64,000 bases of DNA from Antechinus flavipes (GCF_016432865.1 NC_067400.1:13206001-13270000); one strand, 5' to 3'; positions 26,211 to 39,995 are shown, numbered from the stretch's first letter. Program-made: numbers and translations. Notes: generated by a model not told the origin, from the letters alone.

Positions 26211-26553
26211 TTAATTTTATTTTTTATTATAGCTTTTTATATACAAAACATATGCATGGGTAATTTTTTAGCATTGACCCTTGCAAAAACTTCTGTTTCA
26301 ACTTTTCCCCTCCTTTCCCCCACCCCCTCTCCTAGATGGCAGGTAGTCCCATACATGTTAAATATGTTAAAGTAAATGTTAAATACAACATATATATACA
26401 CACATTTATACAGTTATCTTATTGCACAGGAAAGAGCAGATTTAGAAAGAAGGTAAAAATAACCTGAGAAGAAAAAAAAAACAAAAAAGTAACAGAAAGA
26501 GAGGAAATGTTATGTTGTGGTCCATATTCATTTCCCAGTGTTCTCTCTCTGGG
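26211..26553 (-). mobile_element. 5'-truncated L1 3' end with TSD
   Basis: Near-identical flanks tgctacattggtttt (26196-26210) and tgctatattggatttt (26554-26569), the latter followed by aa (TTTT/AA site). Confidence 0.88.
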
Positions 26554-27005
26554 TGCTATATTGGATTTTAAGGAGACTTTTGACTTTTTTAGAACTCACA
26601 AGGTCACAGATTTATTTCTTCCAGTCACTGAACTCCCTGAATCATGCTAAGGTAAGGAGCAGGAGGCTGAAACTGACAGGCCTTTGACAACAGCTCCACA
26701 ACCAAGTAAAAAGTCTCTCATTCACCATGTGGTGGCAACCATAGCCAGATGCAGAATGACTAAGTGTGTTCCCTAGTATCATTCAAACACCTCCCTCACA
26801 CATTATCACAATTCTTTTGAAGCAGCCCCCTAACCTCTTTCAGGGGGAGAGACATCATCTCAGGATATCTGGACACAGGCTGGAGTTTCAATACAAATGG
26901 AGAAGGCCCAGGATTCTGAAGATGTGAAATTGAATTCATGTGTTGCCTCTGTGATGCTAGATAAATATTTTCTCCTCTTTTAGCTTCTTTCTTTCTTTAG
27001 AAAGT

Positions 27006-27006
<1 letters not shown>

Positions 27007-27048
<42 letters not shown>
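27007..27048. repeat. (TG)n microsatellite
   Basis: About 21 TG units. Other CA/TG arrays at about 11716, 14909, 23172, 46569, 61215 and 62495. Confidence 0.95.
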
Positions 27049-27051
<3 letters not shown>

Positions 27052-29569
27052 GTCAAAGTTCCTTTCCAATGTAAATACTCTGATAGTAATTGTAAAATAA
27101 TCACAGCTCCGAATTATTATGAAGTAAGTGGTACTTATTGAATAAATGCTTTCTTGAAAAATAAACAACACTTTAAGCAGTTTGAAGTCCTGGACTACAA
27201 ATACAAAAGTGGGACCAAATCTGTCCTCAAGGAACTTCCACTTTGATGGGAGGTTATATCTCGCAAGAGGGAGTGCTGGTCAGAGAAATTTTCATTTGGA
27301 GAGTCAAAGGTTTATGAAGAGATTCACAAGATAGTCAGTTGACTTGCCTTTGGCATAGCAAAATGGCGATAATTTTATTCTGCTTATCAAAAATGGCCAG
27401 ACTGAGATGTCTCCACTCTGAAGTGATCTTCCTTGTGATCTAGCTCCGGTCTTACTTAAAGTTTTCTTTAGCAAGTCAGGAATATATCCCTTCCTCTTTT
27501 AATGTCTCCATGAACAGGTGGGGCCATATTAAAATTTATAATTTGTTTCCTTTACTACTTAGGTGGTATTTTTCACATGAGTTTAAAAGCTTGGAAAATG
27601 CCCTCCATTTTCCTCCAATTGTCTTTCATCCCCCAGGGATCAATGGAGAAAGTTTAGTCAAGTTTCTCTGTATTATATCCCTCATTACCTTAGTCAGAGG
27701 ATGACTTGGGAAAGTCAAGCATTTTCTATCAAAGCTGCTTTTCCAAGGAACAAAAATGTCTATTTAGATCATAAATAACTGTTGAATTAACACAGCCACA
27801 GAGTGAATAGTAGACTGCCTTCCCAACTCTGATAGTGTGACTTTGAGATTGGTCTCTTGGGTCTCTTTTGCTTCAGAGCTTTAGAGTACCTACTGGTTTG
27901 AGGATTTAAGAGAAGAAAATCATTCTAAAGGAATGATCTGATTTTCTGAAACCAGAGGACATGTGTATTTTCTGAGTTATTCTGTCAGTTTGACCTTGGA
28001 ACTGAGATATCATTTGAGGAGAGTGCCAGGCAGCAGTGCCAGGCAGGGTTTAGTAGGATTCATGCAAAGGGCTCAAACCGCTGATGTCTTTTTGCAATTA
28101 GTTAAATTGATTACTGTAAAGGACTGGGCTTTGGTGAATTAAGAAAATTAGATAAGCCCATTTCTATCCTTGAAATGAAAAAGTTTGACGCAAATCACAA
28201 GATGTTATGCTTGTATTTTGCATCTAAACATGAGAGTCATAGAATTGTGTGACTCATCATTCTTACCTTCCTACTTGAAAGTCACAAATTTATTAACTGA
28301 AGTTTATAGTTCAGAGAATTATCACAAGTCAAACGATGAGAGCTGACTGCATAACCTTTTCCATAATTAATAACAATGGTCCTAGCACTGAGTTGTCCCT
28401 GGTTCGTGGTTACAGTTTGACTTTTGCAAAGACTTTTGATTAATATTTTGATAATACTTTGGTTATTTCAATGGGATTTTGAATGTCTCTGTTAAAAAAA
28501 AATTATCTTGCTTTAACATAGGAAGTTGCTGTCGGTATTTATCCTGAAGGGAACTGGAATTCTCTGTTCCTGTCATCATGAATAAGAGATGGAAATGTGA
28601 TAACTTTTTAAAAACGAAGAGCATTATCGACTTAACTTTGCCACTGTTCTTGTGACAATGCTACTAAACCAGATGTGCCCTTCAAAAATAATGACTAGGA
28701 CTTAGAAATAATGAAATGAACATAAACCTCACTTTTCCTTTTTGGAATAACAAAATGAATCTTAATTTTCAGAGTTTTTTTTTTTTGCCTGATCAGAGCT
28801 GAGATATATTTTAAATTATGCCAGATGCTCAGAGTTCTGAATCTGGAGTTAAGAATACCCAGGTTCAAGTCTTGCCTGCAAGTGGGTCTCTGAATAATAA
28901 CTTTATCCTCTTAATGTTTCAGTTTCTTCTACAATAAAATGAGGGGAAAATACTTTTATTCCTACTTTACAGAGCCCTTGTTTATTTCTCATCAGGCTGA
29001 ACTTTGAAATATACTCCAGGAACTTCTTTCTCCTAGAAGCTCCTAGAAGCTAGAAGCTTTCTCCCCACTTCAAATCTAGAATTCATACCTTGGAAATACC
29101 CTCCATCTCTTGGGCCCCTCCCTTTGGTAAGAGGGCTCCTCCCAGAACTTCCATTTTTTTTCATTTCTCACCAGACTGATCTCTGGACTTCCTTATGATT
29201 TCACCATGCCTGAAACCTTAATTTTTCCCACCTCCTTTTTCAGCTTCCTTTTATGTGCTCTTTTTCTGAATCAAGTTTTTTGAGGGCAGGGGCTGTTTTT
29301 GTTCATTTGTTTGTATGAATATATCCTGTGCTTAAACAGACACAACAATTGGCTGATTGACCAAGTCAGAAACCTGACAGCTAACACATAAAATGCTTTT
29401 CTTGTCAGTTATGAAATTAGGCCTTCCTCTTTTTGGATCAGGTTTCAGAGTGTCTGCTCTCCTCCTAATGTGCTGATCTATTTCCTTCTTCAGAGTTACT
29501 GTTCTAGTGCTGACTTGTTAATTTTTCAGTAACCATTTATAGGCAGTGAGGTTTGAGTAGGAGAATAGT

Positions 29570-29995
29570 CACAGTAGTCCATGTTTATATAATATTTTCA
29601 TATTTAAAGCACTTCCCATACATTAATTCATTTAAACATCCCAACAATATATGAGATCAATACTAGAGATATTGTTTTTTCGCATTCTGTAGATGAAGAA
29701 ATGAAAGCTCACCAAAGAAAAATGACTTGGGCAGAGTCCCAAAGCCAAGAATAGCTGTTAAGTGTCCAAAGCAGTACTTAAATCAAGGTTTTCTTCATTC
29801 CACACTTAGAACTCTTTTGAGAGGCAGCATTGTGCAGTGGGAAGAATGCTGGATCTGGAATGAGAGAAGCTGGGTTCAAATTCTTGGACAAGCCATTGCT
29901 TCTGAGTTTCAGTTCCTTCCTTACAAGATATCTAGCTTGGGCTAGATAGTCTTAAAGGGTTTTTTTTAGCCCTAAATCTAGGATCTACTATCCCA
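29570..29995. mobile_element. MIR (-) followed by MIR3-like (+) SINE
   Basis: 'cattctgtagatgaagaaatgaaagctc...gacttgggcagagtc', then 'gaggcagcattgtgcagtggg...ctgggttcaaattc'. Confidence 0.65.
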
Positions 29996-30839
29996 TGTTG
30001 AGGTTTTGAGTTGACTAGCTAAATATGAGACATCATCCTCTCCTCTGGCACCCCTTTCCCACACTGAATTTTCACTAATCACTTAACTTTGCTGTTTCCC
30101 CCCCTCCCAATAATGAGGCAACACTGTCAGGTCCAGTGTTCATTCTCTGTACTGTTATCAGGGACAGACAAAGTGGGGATACTGGATATTGCAGTATCTG
30201 GAAGCCTCAAGAGGTAATTAGGTAAAGGTCATCCTTTGATCTCCTCTGGGTGCTTCCTTCTTGTGATATTTTCCTCTACTTCCATCTAGATTAGACTAAA
30301 CTAGGTTTCACTGAGTATCACAGGACCTTTGGTTTGGGATTGTAAAGGACTTAGACTGGAAGTTTATTTTATAAAGAAGGAAACTGAGACCCAGAGAAAT
30401 TAAATTCAAGTTTAGAGAGCTAGTATAGTAAGGAGGACTTAGGATTCTATCTCTGCTTCCAAACCCAATGTTCTTTCTGCTATGCGAGATACAGCAAATC
30501 TCCTTAGCCAAATTAGCTTTTTGAAGCTTCTCCCTTTGCACCCAAACAATTCATTTTATGACCTTGCCCTTTTGAAATCTTTCTTTGCACCTGCCAAGTG
30601 TACCTTGCATTTCATGCTGTGCTTTGGGAGTTCTGGAGAAGGCTCCGTGTTTCCCTGCAACCCTTTCTCATAGAGCTTTTGAAGATGAAGATTACTTTTT
30701 CTGATCTTTTGTCCCATTCCTTTCCTATGACTAATTCAATGCTCTTTCGAAGGTGAAGGCTCAAGAGCTTCTTGTGGCTGAATGATCATGTGTCTAACAA
30801 TTCTGATATTGTGAAAGGGAGAGCAAAACTAGACAAAAA

Positions 30840-31228
30840 GAGAACACGATTAAGAATATGATTATAATTATACTATGATCAATTCTGATGGATGTGGCTC
30901 TTCAACAATGGGTTGATTCAAGCCATTTCCAATGGTCTGGTGATGGAGAGAGCCATCTGCACCCAAAGAGGGAAGTATGGAAACTGAGTGTGAATCACAA
31001 CATCGAATTTTCACCTTTTTGTTATTGGCTTATATTTTGTTTTTTTCTCATTTTCCCCCTTTTGATCAGATTATTCTTGTGTAGCATAATAAATGTTGAA
31101 ATATATAGAACATATATTGAATTACTCACTATCTAGAGGAGGGAAAGGGGAAAGGGAGGTAGAAAAACTTTGGAACAAAAAAATTTGCAAGGGTGAATAT
31201 TGAAAATTATGCCTATGTTTTGAAAGAA
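30840..31228 (+). mobile_element. L1 3' end fragment
   Basis: 'gatcaattctgatggatgtggctc...gagagccatctgcacccaaagag...gcaagggtgaatattgaaaattatgc'. Confidence 0.85.
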
Positions 31229-31704
31229 TATGATGGTAGTTTATGCTTAACAAAAAATTAAGATATTTTACATTAGCTATGATGACCTTCAACAATTTCT
31301 TTTCATATTCAATTCTAATCTGTCCCCCTTATCCTTTTGACATAGAACCTAAAAGGCATTGTTAATAATTTCTTAAGTCAAACTTTTTCATCTTAATGTT
31401 GTGAAGCTATAAATTGTTGCCTCCTTACCCTTAAGTAGTGATGAAGAAGTGCTTTCCTCCTCTCCATTTCCTTTGACTTTTGAGAAGCTCCTATGGATGG
31501 TTTTATTACTGCTATCCTGTTTCCCTTTATCCACAGAAGCTAGAGAAATGCCTGGGGAAACAATAAAGTTCTCTACTAAGCTTCTATATTCATATGCTTA
31601 TAAAGATGAAAAATATACTCACTGCCTGGACATTGGAGAAAACTTCTTCTCCATAAATTGGGATATCACGAAGAGCCAACATACTGGGCAGAAAATGTAT
31701 GGGG

Positions 31705-31925
31705 GGGGCAGTATGATGAATAGAACAGCAGGTCTAGGGTTGGTAAGATCTGAATTCAAATCAAGTCTCAGATATGTGACCCTGGGGACATCACTTAATT
31801 TGGTTTGCCTCAGTTTCCTCATCTATAAAATGAACAAGAGCAAACCACTGCAGTATTTTTGCTAAGAAAAAAAAATAGTCATGAAGAATCAGAAATCACT
31901 GAAGTGATACAGCAATAACAATCCT
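31705..31925 (+). mobile_element. Mar-1-type CORE-SINE with BovB-like tail
   Basis: 'ctgaattcaaatcaagtctcagata...gcctcagtttcctcatctataaaatg...aaaccactgcagtatttttgctaagaaaa...catgaagaatcaga'. Confidence 0.8.
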
Positions 31926-32984
31926 TGAGTGCTCTTACAACTATATTGTGCATGAAGTCACCCTCATGTGTGCATATACATGTATTATACACATACATAT
32001 ATGCATATATATACAAATGTGTACATATAAATTACACACACACACACATATATATATAACAAGTACTGTCTTCAAGAGGTTCTTTATTTGTTCTTAGATA
32101 AATTAATCATAGCAAAATTTTCTTGGACCATCACAGCCCCCTGCTCAGCAATTTTTAGTCAGTATAATCAAGTTTTCAATAGGTATGGTTAACTGACTGG
32201 TTTTAACATGTATTTTCATTGAATTATCCTGTTGGGGAACCAAAAATGTAACTGTTCACTCGTTTTAAAATAACCTCATTAAACCGAAAGAATACTAACC
32301 TTAAAGAATCTATGGAGAGTGACTGGACAATTTCGGAATCTAAATAAATATTTAGATATAATTTGATGCTGTTCTTAATAATCATAATCATGAATCACTA
32401 TTTCTTAGCCATGGCTCAATTCTAATTTGAATATGGAACAAATCTGCATGAATTTTTCAGCTCAGACCCAGAAGCTCTACCAGCACAATTTTCATGGCTC
32501 TGGTGCCTCTCCAACTTCACATGGTGTCAAAGATGATGCTGTCTTTGTTCCTGTGGATCCAACAGGTTTAACGCCTCATAAAGAGGAGTTTATTTCCTTC
32601 CTTATTTAGTCAATGTTAATCATCCTCTTTCTACTGAAATTTTGAATCCATTCTTATCTCTGCTAGCACAGGGAATTTCAGTGTAATAAGACATAGATTA
32701 TCACCCAGCCTGTTCTGCTGAAGCAAAACAGAATGAATTTGACTGTCTCGTCTCCTGATTCTGGTTTTCTGACTTTTTTGTCCATAGCAAAAAAGCAGAA
32801 AGAATTTATTATTTGCTTACCAACCATTCATAACTGTTTCTCAAACTGTTTTACTCAAGTTTGAATTGAGTATTTGTAACTCAACCTGAATTGCTCCACT
32901 ACAAAATAAAATCCCTTTTTGAGGTATATTCTCAGCCACACAAATTTTATATATTTTATAATTCCAAGTATTAAAATGACTGCT

Positions 32985-34070
32985 TTAGTAATAATAACTT
33001 GCATTTATATAGTGATTTAAAATTTGCCACTTTTACAGATATTTCCATTTATCCTCCCAACAAGATACCTAAGAAGGTAAATGATATTGTTATCCAAATT
33101 TTACAGATGAGAAAAATGGTGCCAAACAGAGATTAAGCAGTTTACCTAAAGACATACAACTTGTAAGTGTATCATGAGAGATTTGAACCAAGCTTTAATG
33201 ACTCCATGCTTAACATGATCCACTGAATCGTTGCTGCCTATATCTTTTAATAGGTGATTTTTTGATCTATAGGAAAATTTGACTCTATAAAAACTATCCA
33301 AATAAAAACTTATTGGATTTAACAGAAAAACTACCAAATAACAAATATTGTGATTTCAAATCTTTATTTAAAATTTGTATTTCTCTAAAATTTATAGCAA
33401 TTATACTGTCATGTAGTCAAAATGAATTATCAAAATTATGGAACAATATTAGTCACATGCTGCAATACTATAGACTAAAACTTTGATTAATTTTACTGTC
33501 TACTATTGAGAGGATGGAGTAATTGAATTGTTTGTGTCCTAACAGAAACCTCCCCTTTTACTTTTAATATTTTTTAATCTCTAAAAGATATTAATATTAT
33601 GTACTGAACTATTAAATTCAATGTAGTGAAAATGACTCCATCTTTTCTTGACAATTGAAACTCTTCCAGTACCTCAAGGTTAACAGCTTTCCCATTAAGG
33701 ATCATGGAACATGTTAAAAGCTCCAAAGAAGAGCTATATTTGAATTAAATGTAGATCTATATATGCTGTAAGCTCTAGTACAGCATATCTTAGAAGCTGA
33801 TTTTTAAAAATGGAATCTATGATGCAAGACTAATTACTTGTCAAGCACATTTTCTTGGGATATTTTTTTTTCACAAGATTTTGTAAGGATCCAAAGAGCT
33901 CATAGATTTAGAGCTGGAAAGGACCTTAGTGTGACATCTCAAATCTTCATTCTTCAAGTGAAAAAAAAAACTGAAACTAAATGATCTGTCCAATATCACA
34001 GGCAGTTAGTGGCCAAGCATTTGAACCATAGTCCTCTGCCTCTATATCTAGTACTCTTTCTGCCCTGGCA
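32985..34070 (-). mobile_element. MIR (32985-33240) and MIR3-like (33895-34070) SINEs
   Basis: 'atccaaattttacagatgagaaaaatgg...gagattaagcagtttacc' and 'catagatttagagctggaaaggaccttag'. Confidence 0.65.
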
Positions 34071-36486
34071 TGAAATGTTTCTCTCAAGGTTAACGTATTC
34101 AAAGTGCTTTGTAAATCTTAAAATGCCATACAAATCCATCTATTAAGACAATGAAAATAAGGGACTTTTTTTTAAATAAGCAAACAGAAAAGCTCAATAA
34201 AGGCTTTTAAATCATATTCCAGTTAATTGAAGTCTCATTGTGTTTAAATATTAGGCTGCATATAGTGAAGGGCTCTTTAAATCTCAGTCACATGTGGGAA
34301 GTTACCTTCATTTCAGCAAGAAATGTTTGGGTGTCAAAGCAATCGACCATCATTCTCCTTGCCTTAGGATGTAACTCAGGGCTTCCTCCATGATCTCAGC
34401 TTTTTAATATTAATCCTGACCTTAGTTGTTTTGCGTTATCAATCTTTGTCCCCCTGATAATGTGACTGTCTCTGGAGTTTAATTGTTGATTGATCGATTG
34501 CCCTTTTTTGATCAATAGCCACAAATAACCCTGAACTGACGCAATCTACTTTCTTTTTCATTTTCTGGGGCTTCTTTCTAGCACTTCCATCCACAGTATT
34601 TTGTTCCTGTGCATGGTTTATGTGACTGAATTAGATATGAGGCTCTTTCCTTGCTGGGGGCAGGGTCATTACTGGGGTCCAGTTGATCTTTGCATATCAT
34701 TTCGCACAGGTTTATGTATCTCTCACTTGCAACTGACTCTTAGGTCTCTCTAGTAGCTGCCTACAGAACTACCTTACCCAGAACTGCTCTGAAGGAGAGG
34801 CTGGAACTGACTACATTAAAATTAAACTGACTAAAATAAAAGATTATGATTGTACAAAGGATCCACGGTCTCATTGGTATGGTTGCTCTCTACATGAATG
34901 TGGATAAGGACCAAGCTACATTTCCTTTTCCTATGGGATCATTGATTTCCATATACTTTCCCCAGAGGATAAACCCAATACTCTTGAAGACTGAAGAATT
35001 CTTTAATTTTTTAAATTAAAAAGCCTCATTCATTCTACCTGATTTGTTTTCCTTCACTCTCACAATACAATCAATACAAGATAATAAATGTCTTGGAAAT
35101 TTTTTAAAATTAAAAAAAAATTAAAGTACTATTCTGCTAAATTGACTAGAAATCTTTTAATTCTCATTGGGCTCATAGTAATTAATGGTGTATAATCATA
35201 TAGCATCACCTGGATAATGTTGGAATTTTAAAAATGGATCTTTGTAATACTAAGCATGGAAAACATTATTATTTTCCGAAGTGTGATCCAGCATCATGTC
35301 TTATTCCTATTCACTTCTGGGTTTGAGTAGTTGAGCAGCTACAATGCCTGCTGAAGATGTTGATAGATTAACTCAATGAGTACTTATCCAAGTATGTTTT
35401 ATGTGGTTAGGTACTATGTATTTTCCAACCACTTTGTTTTTGTATCTAAATATAGCATTTTATATTTACCTACATATAGATACATTTCTATAAAATTTTG
35501 CTTTCTCTCTACACATACAACAAATATATATGTTTGTATAACACACATGACATATATAGTTTATATAATACACAACATATATATATATATATGTATATAT
35601 ATCACATATAACTCTTGTCCTTCACCTTTAAGTATGGCAGATAACTAACTATACATCTTATATATGTAGCTTTGTGTTTAGGCCATACATATATGCCACA
35701 TTTAAGGGGAAAGGACAAGAATTTGGACCAAAGGAATCCAGGTACAGTGTGCTATCACCTAATTACTCTCTGTAACGTTTGATTCTCCTTTCCCCCTTCC
35801 TGTTCAGTTGTATGGCAAGGTCCAAAAGTCCCCAGCAGGAGCCATATTGCCAAATAAAACTCAACAGTCCTTTGAAGTCTGGCTGAAGGCAGAGCCTGAA
35901 ATAGTTTGGGGGGGAGGCACAATTTAGTAATCAAGAATCTTTGAACTTGAGCCAGAGATACTAGCAAGAGGATTTGAGGTAAAAGAATAGAAAATCTTCA
36001 TTTTGGCAAATTTGCTTGCTTGTCAATCCTTTGGCTCAGCGTGCCGGTTGATAGTTATGACTAATGAGCTGAGCTGTTCTTGTCAAGGAGGGACTTTAAA
36101 AAAAAGTCAAACTCACCGTTCTGGCCTGGGCCTGAGTCAGGCCAGTCCCTGGGCAGTTTAGGTTCAATATGGGAACAAAATGAGATACTTGTGTGTCATT
36201 CAGTATTTATCCAAAGGGTATTTACTTACCCAGAAAGAGACTAATAAGGATAGACATCGAGAACCTCTTGAGCTGATTCACCTTAGTGCAGCTCCCATCC
36301 TGATTCCCTAAACCACATTTGAAAACTTCTCTAGTTGTTCTGGATTTAAATAATAAGGAAATGACATCAGCTGTCTAAATCCTTAGATCTCTGAGCCAAC
36401 CAAGTCTCCAGGAATGTTTCAACACCTTTTAAGGAAAACCTTGCTCATATCACAGCACCCTGGCTGAGATGTTCAGCAGTTTCTGT

Positions 36487-36700
36487 GAATGAATGAATGA
36501 ATGAATGAATGAATGAAAATGCATTCAAAAAGCACTTATGATGTTCCAAGTCCTGGTCTAAGTGTTAGGATACAAATATATAATTAGGAGTGACAGTATA
36601 TAGGGAAGTTCAGCTTCAGAGCAGATGGAAAGGGCCAGAAATTGTAAGAACTAAGTGGCAGGAAACATATCAAGGCAGGAGCATACCTATTAGATGGTCA
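36487..36700 (-). mobile_element. L2 3' end with (GAAT)n tail
   Basis: (gaat)n 36487-36515, then 'gcattcaaaaagcacttatgatgttccaagtcctggtctaagtg'. Confidence 0.65.
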
Positions 36701-37734
36701 GGTAATAATGAGAAAGAGCTCAAATGGGGCAAAAGCAGGGCTCCCACTGGAAGAATCAGTAAGAGTGATTTGCTTCTCATCCAAGTAAAGTGAGTAGTCA
36801 TGTGGCTCTTGATCTTTTTTTACAGAATTCTGGGATGGCCAGATGTTCTTTTTATTGAATTCTGAGATGGTTCAAGGAAGAGGGGAAAGGAAGGAAATAG
36901 AAAATATCACATCAGGGGCCAGGCAGTATAGGGTTGAAAGAAGGGTGTGAAGACAAATGGAAAGGAGAGATCTTAGTGATGGCTAATATTGCCAAGCAAC
37001 CTTGATGGGGTCTGAGCAATAGGAAGCAATCAAACCCAGAAAGTGGTCATGGAGAAAATGTCTTAAGTTAGATACTCAATAGAGAAGCATAAGAGTGATT
37101 ATAAAAGTGGGAGAGCAACATCCAGGAGAGACCCATGTCCAATAGGAAATGGTTCTATTGAGAGCAATGTGTTAGCACCAGGGGATATAGATGACCTCAC
37201 AATATTAGAAGCATGAATTAGCCTTTCATGATTAGATATGCTCTCTGAACACACAAGTTTCTTATTTCTTCTCTTCTATTAGTGTCCTGGTCACAAAGGG
37301 ACCCAGTATGGGCTTTTTTGTTCAGATGCCCAATTGTTGTATGCGTCCTCCAAACTTAAACTCTGCTTTTATGGGTTCTTTCTATAATTATCTCCTTTCT
37401 TAATGAGGGATTCACACGTATGGTCTTCTTCCTACAAATCTATCTATGGAGGAGTCTTTCCATGATTTTTTTCCAAGTTTGAATCATTTTAATATCCTAT
37501 TCTAGAAACAATCTACAAATCTTAAAATTAAAAAAAAAAACAAGTCTGTTCTGATTTTAAAACATAGTTTTTTTTTTTTTAAATGAAAATGTCCATTTTG
37601 TTAACAGGTACATATTTCTTTGTAATGTTTGTTTGGGGTGTATGTGTGTAGTGTGTGAATATGGATGTTCTGTCCTTGATTTATAGTGGTGGGGGAATGT
37701 TCTATTTCTACCTTTCTTAGTAGACTATTTTAAT

Positions 37735-37920
37735 TATAAGATCTTAGATTTAGAGTTGGAAAGAACCTTAGAGTTCATCTGGTCTAACCCTCACATTTTA
37801 TGGATGAGGGAAGTGGGACCCAAGAAGGTGAAGGAATTGACCCAAAGTCCCACAATTAATATTGCCAAAGGCAAGATTTGAATTGAAATCTTCTAGCTCC
37901 AAATTCAGAATTCTTTCCAC
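37735..37920 (-). mobile_element. MIR3-like SINE
   Basis: 'tagatttagagttggaaagaaccttagagttcatctggtctaaccctcacattttatggatgagg'. Confidence 0.75.
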
Positions 37921-39799
37921 CATCATTGTCATTCATTAGCTTGGCTTTCACACTTCTCTCTCAGCTCTACTCCTGACTCTCCTGATTGTTTTAGCTTCTC
38001 AGCAGCAGCCTTTTCACTCTGGAGACCCCTAGACTTCTATAATCATCTCCCTCATTTCTAACTGCTGAATGAATCTCTAGCTAAGGTCACCACTTCATGA
38101 GGTTCTCAGATGAATCATCTTTCTCTCAGTTGTAAATTCTCACTGGAAAGTTGTCTACTGTTGCAATCTCAAGTTGAGTAAAAAATAAAAGTTACTAAGA
38201 AAATTTAGCAGTCTAGATTGTCTGGACTTTCCCAATTCTTCCCTACAACTATTCTCTCATATGGTTATTTTCCTTCTTCCCTTCTTTCTATATATTTTTC
38301 ATATATTGTTTCTTCATTACAGTATAGTTTCTTTAAAATAGAAGCTGATTTCTTAAATTTGCATTTCCAGCACTTGAAACAATGTACCTAAACACATAGT
38401 AAGGTCTTAATAAAGTATGCGTCTATGTATGCATACATGCATTGTGTATATATATATATATCTATATATCTATATAGATATAGATATATATGTATGTATA
38501 TTTATATATATCTATCTCTATTTATGAAGTAATTGTATCTTCTGGCTGATTGGTAAAAATAATTATAGTAGAGAAGATATTGTGAATTGTTTTTGCTTGG
38601 ATGCTCTTCTGCAGAGAACCATAAATTTGAGTTAACTTTTCTAGGGTCAATGTATTAGATGGGGGTGCCTTTAATACTAAAACTAGGAAAGCAAAATTGT
38701 TATTAACTGTATTATTTTAAAATGGATCTCTTACTGAGCTGTGACAGTGCAATTAAAATTACTTAGCTGAACATATTGAAAAGTCACTCATGCAAGAGTC
38801 TAGCATAATGTTTAATCACAATTTAGTGTAATAGATAGTGTTTTCCAAATATAGGAACATTCTCAAATTTAGCTACAAAACGATGTTGGAGATGTTGAGC
38901 CTTGACTATTTCTTTCATCTAAAGCTTAGGTTTTCATTGCTTGGATTAGCTAAACTTTTTTGTTTTGCTTTGATATCGCCAATCACAATTCACTCATTTA
39001 TATTTGTATTTTTTATTTTTACTTTTTTGTAACCAAAATTATTTCCCCTTGAAACTGCTTCTCACATCGACTCCAATTAAGCCATTCCTTATAACAAAGA
39101 AAAAATAATGGTGGTATATGATGGAGTGTACCACATTTTGTATCCATAGTCCCCATCTCACTATGGATGGGAGAGGCAAGTGTGTTTCCTTATAAGTCAC
39201 TCTTGGCAAAGATAGTTCATTATACTTTATCAGAGTATGACAACTTAGTATTTTTAAAAATTTTACCTCATTGTAATTTTTATGATCTCCTATTTCTCAT
39301 ATCTCTTATATATCTCCAATCTCTTATATCTGTCTGTACTACTTCATATAATTTTTTAATATATTTCTCTGAAATCTTAATATTTGTAATTTCTTAAATG
39401 ACTGAAAACTTTTGGGTCATTTTTGCTATATTGTGCCCTGGTTATATGTTTGAAGATGGTGCTAATGAGTAACCTCTCATGACTGTCACATTATGAATCA
39501 ATAGATTTCTTATCTAAAAGAGATATGAGATACAAGCTAGAATACTTAGCCTTTCAGAATTCTTAGTTCCAGTATTGTCTTTATGGACTATTTCCTATAG
39601 GAAATATTTCCTGATTCAATTATTAGTGCTTCTTTTTCCTCTTCCTCTCCTCCCCCATTTCTCCCCCTTTCTCTCTATTCTTCCCTTCCTCCCCTCTCTC
39701 TTTTTCTCTCTTTGTGTGTATGTGTGTATGTGTTTGAACAGTGTTTTGCATATAGAAGATTCATAATAAGTGCTGATTAAATCTACTCCAACTCTCTCA

Positions 39800-39995
39800 T
39801 TTCACAGATGAGGGAGCTACTGTGGAAAGAGGGAAATAGCACTATTTGGCATCAAAGAATTTGAGTATAAATCCTATTTTTTCCCATTCATTCTCAGTCA
39901 TCTGCTTGAATCACTTTGTCACTTTTAGGTCCAGTTTTCTCATCTTTAAAACGAAGAAGTTGAACTAGATGGCCTCTAAGGTCTCTTCTAGATCT
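39800..39995 (+). mobile_element. MIR3-like SINE
   Basis: 'gttttctcatctttaaaacgaagaagttgaactagatggcctctaaggtctcttctagatctaaatc'. Confidence 0.75.

Noticed and set aside
32815-32900. Minus-strand 78-nt segment with strong acceptor (ttttattttgtag) and donor (gtaagc)
   Set aside because: Stops in all three frames and no partner exon; such sites are common by chance in AT-rich DNA.
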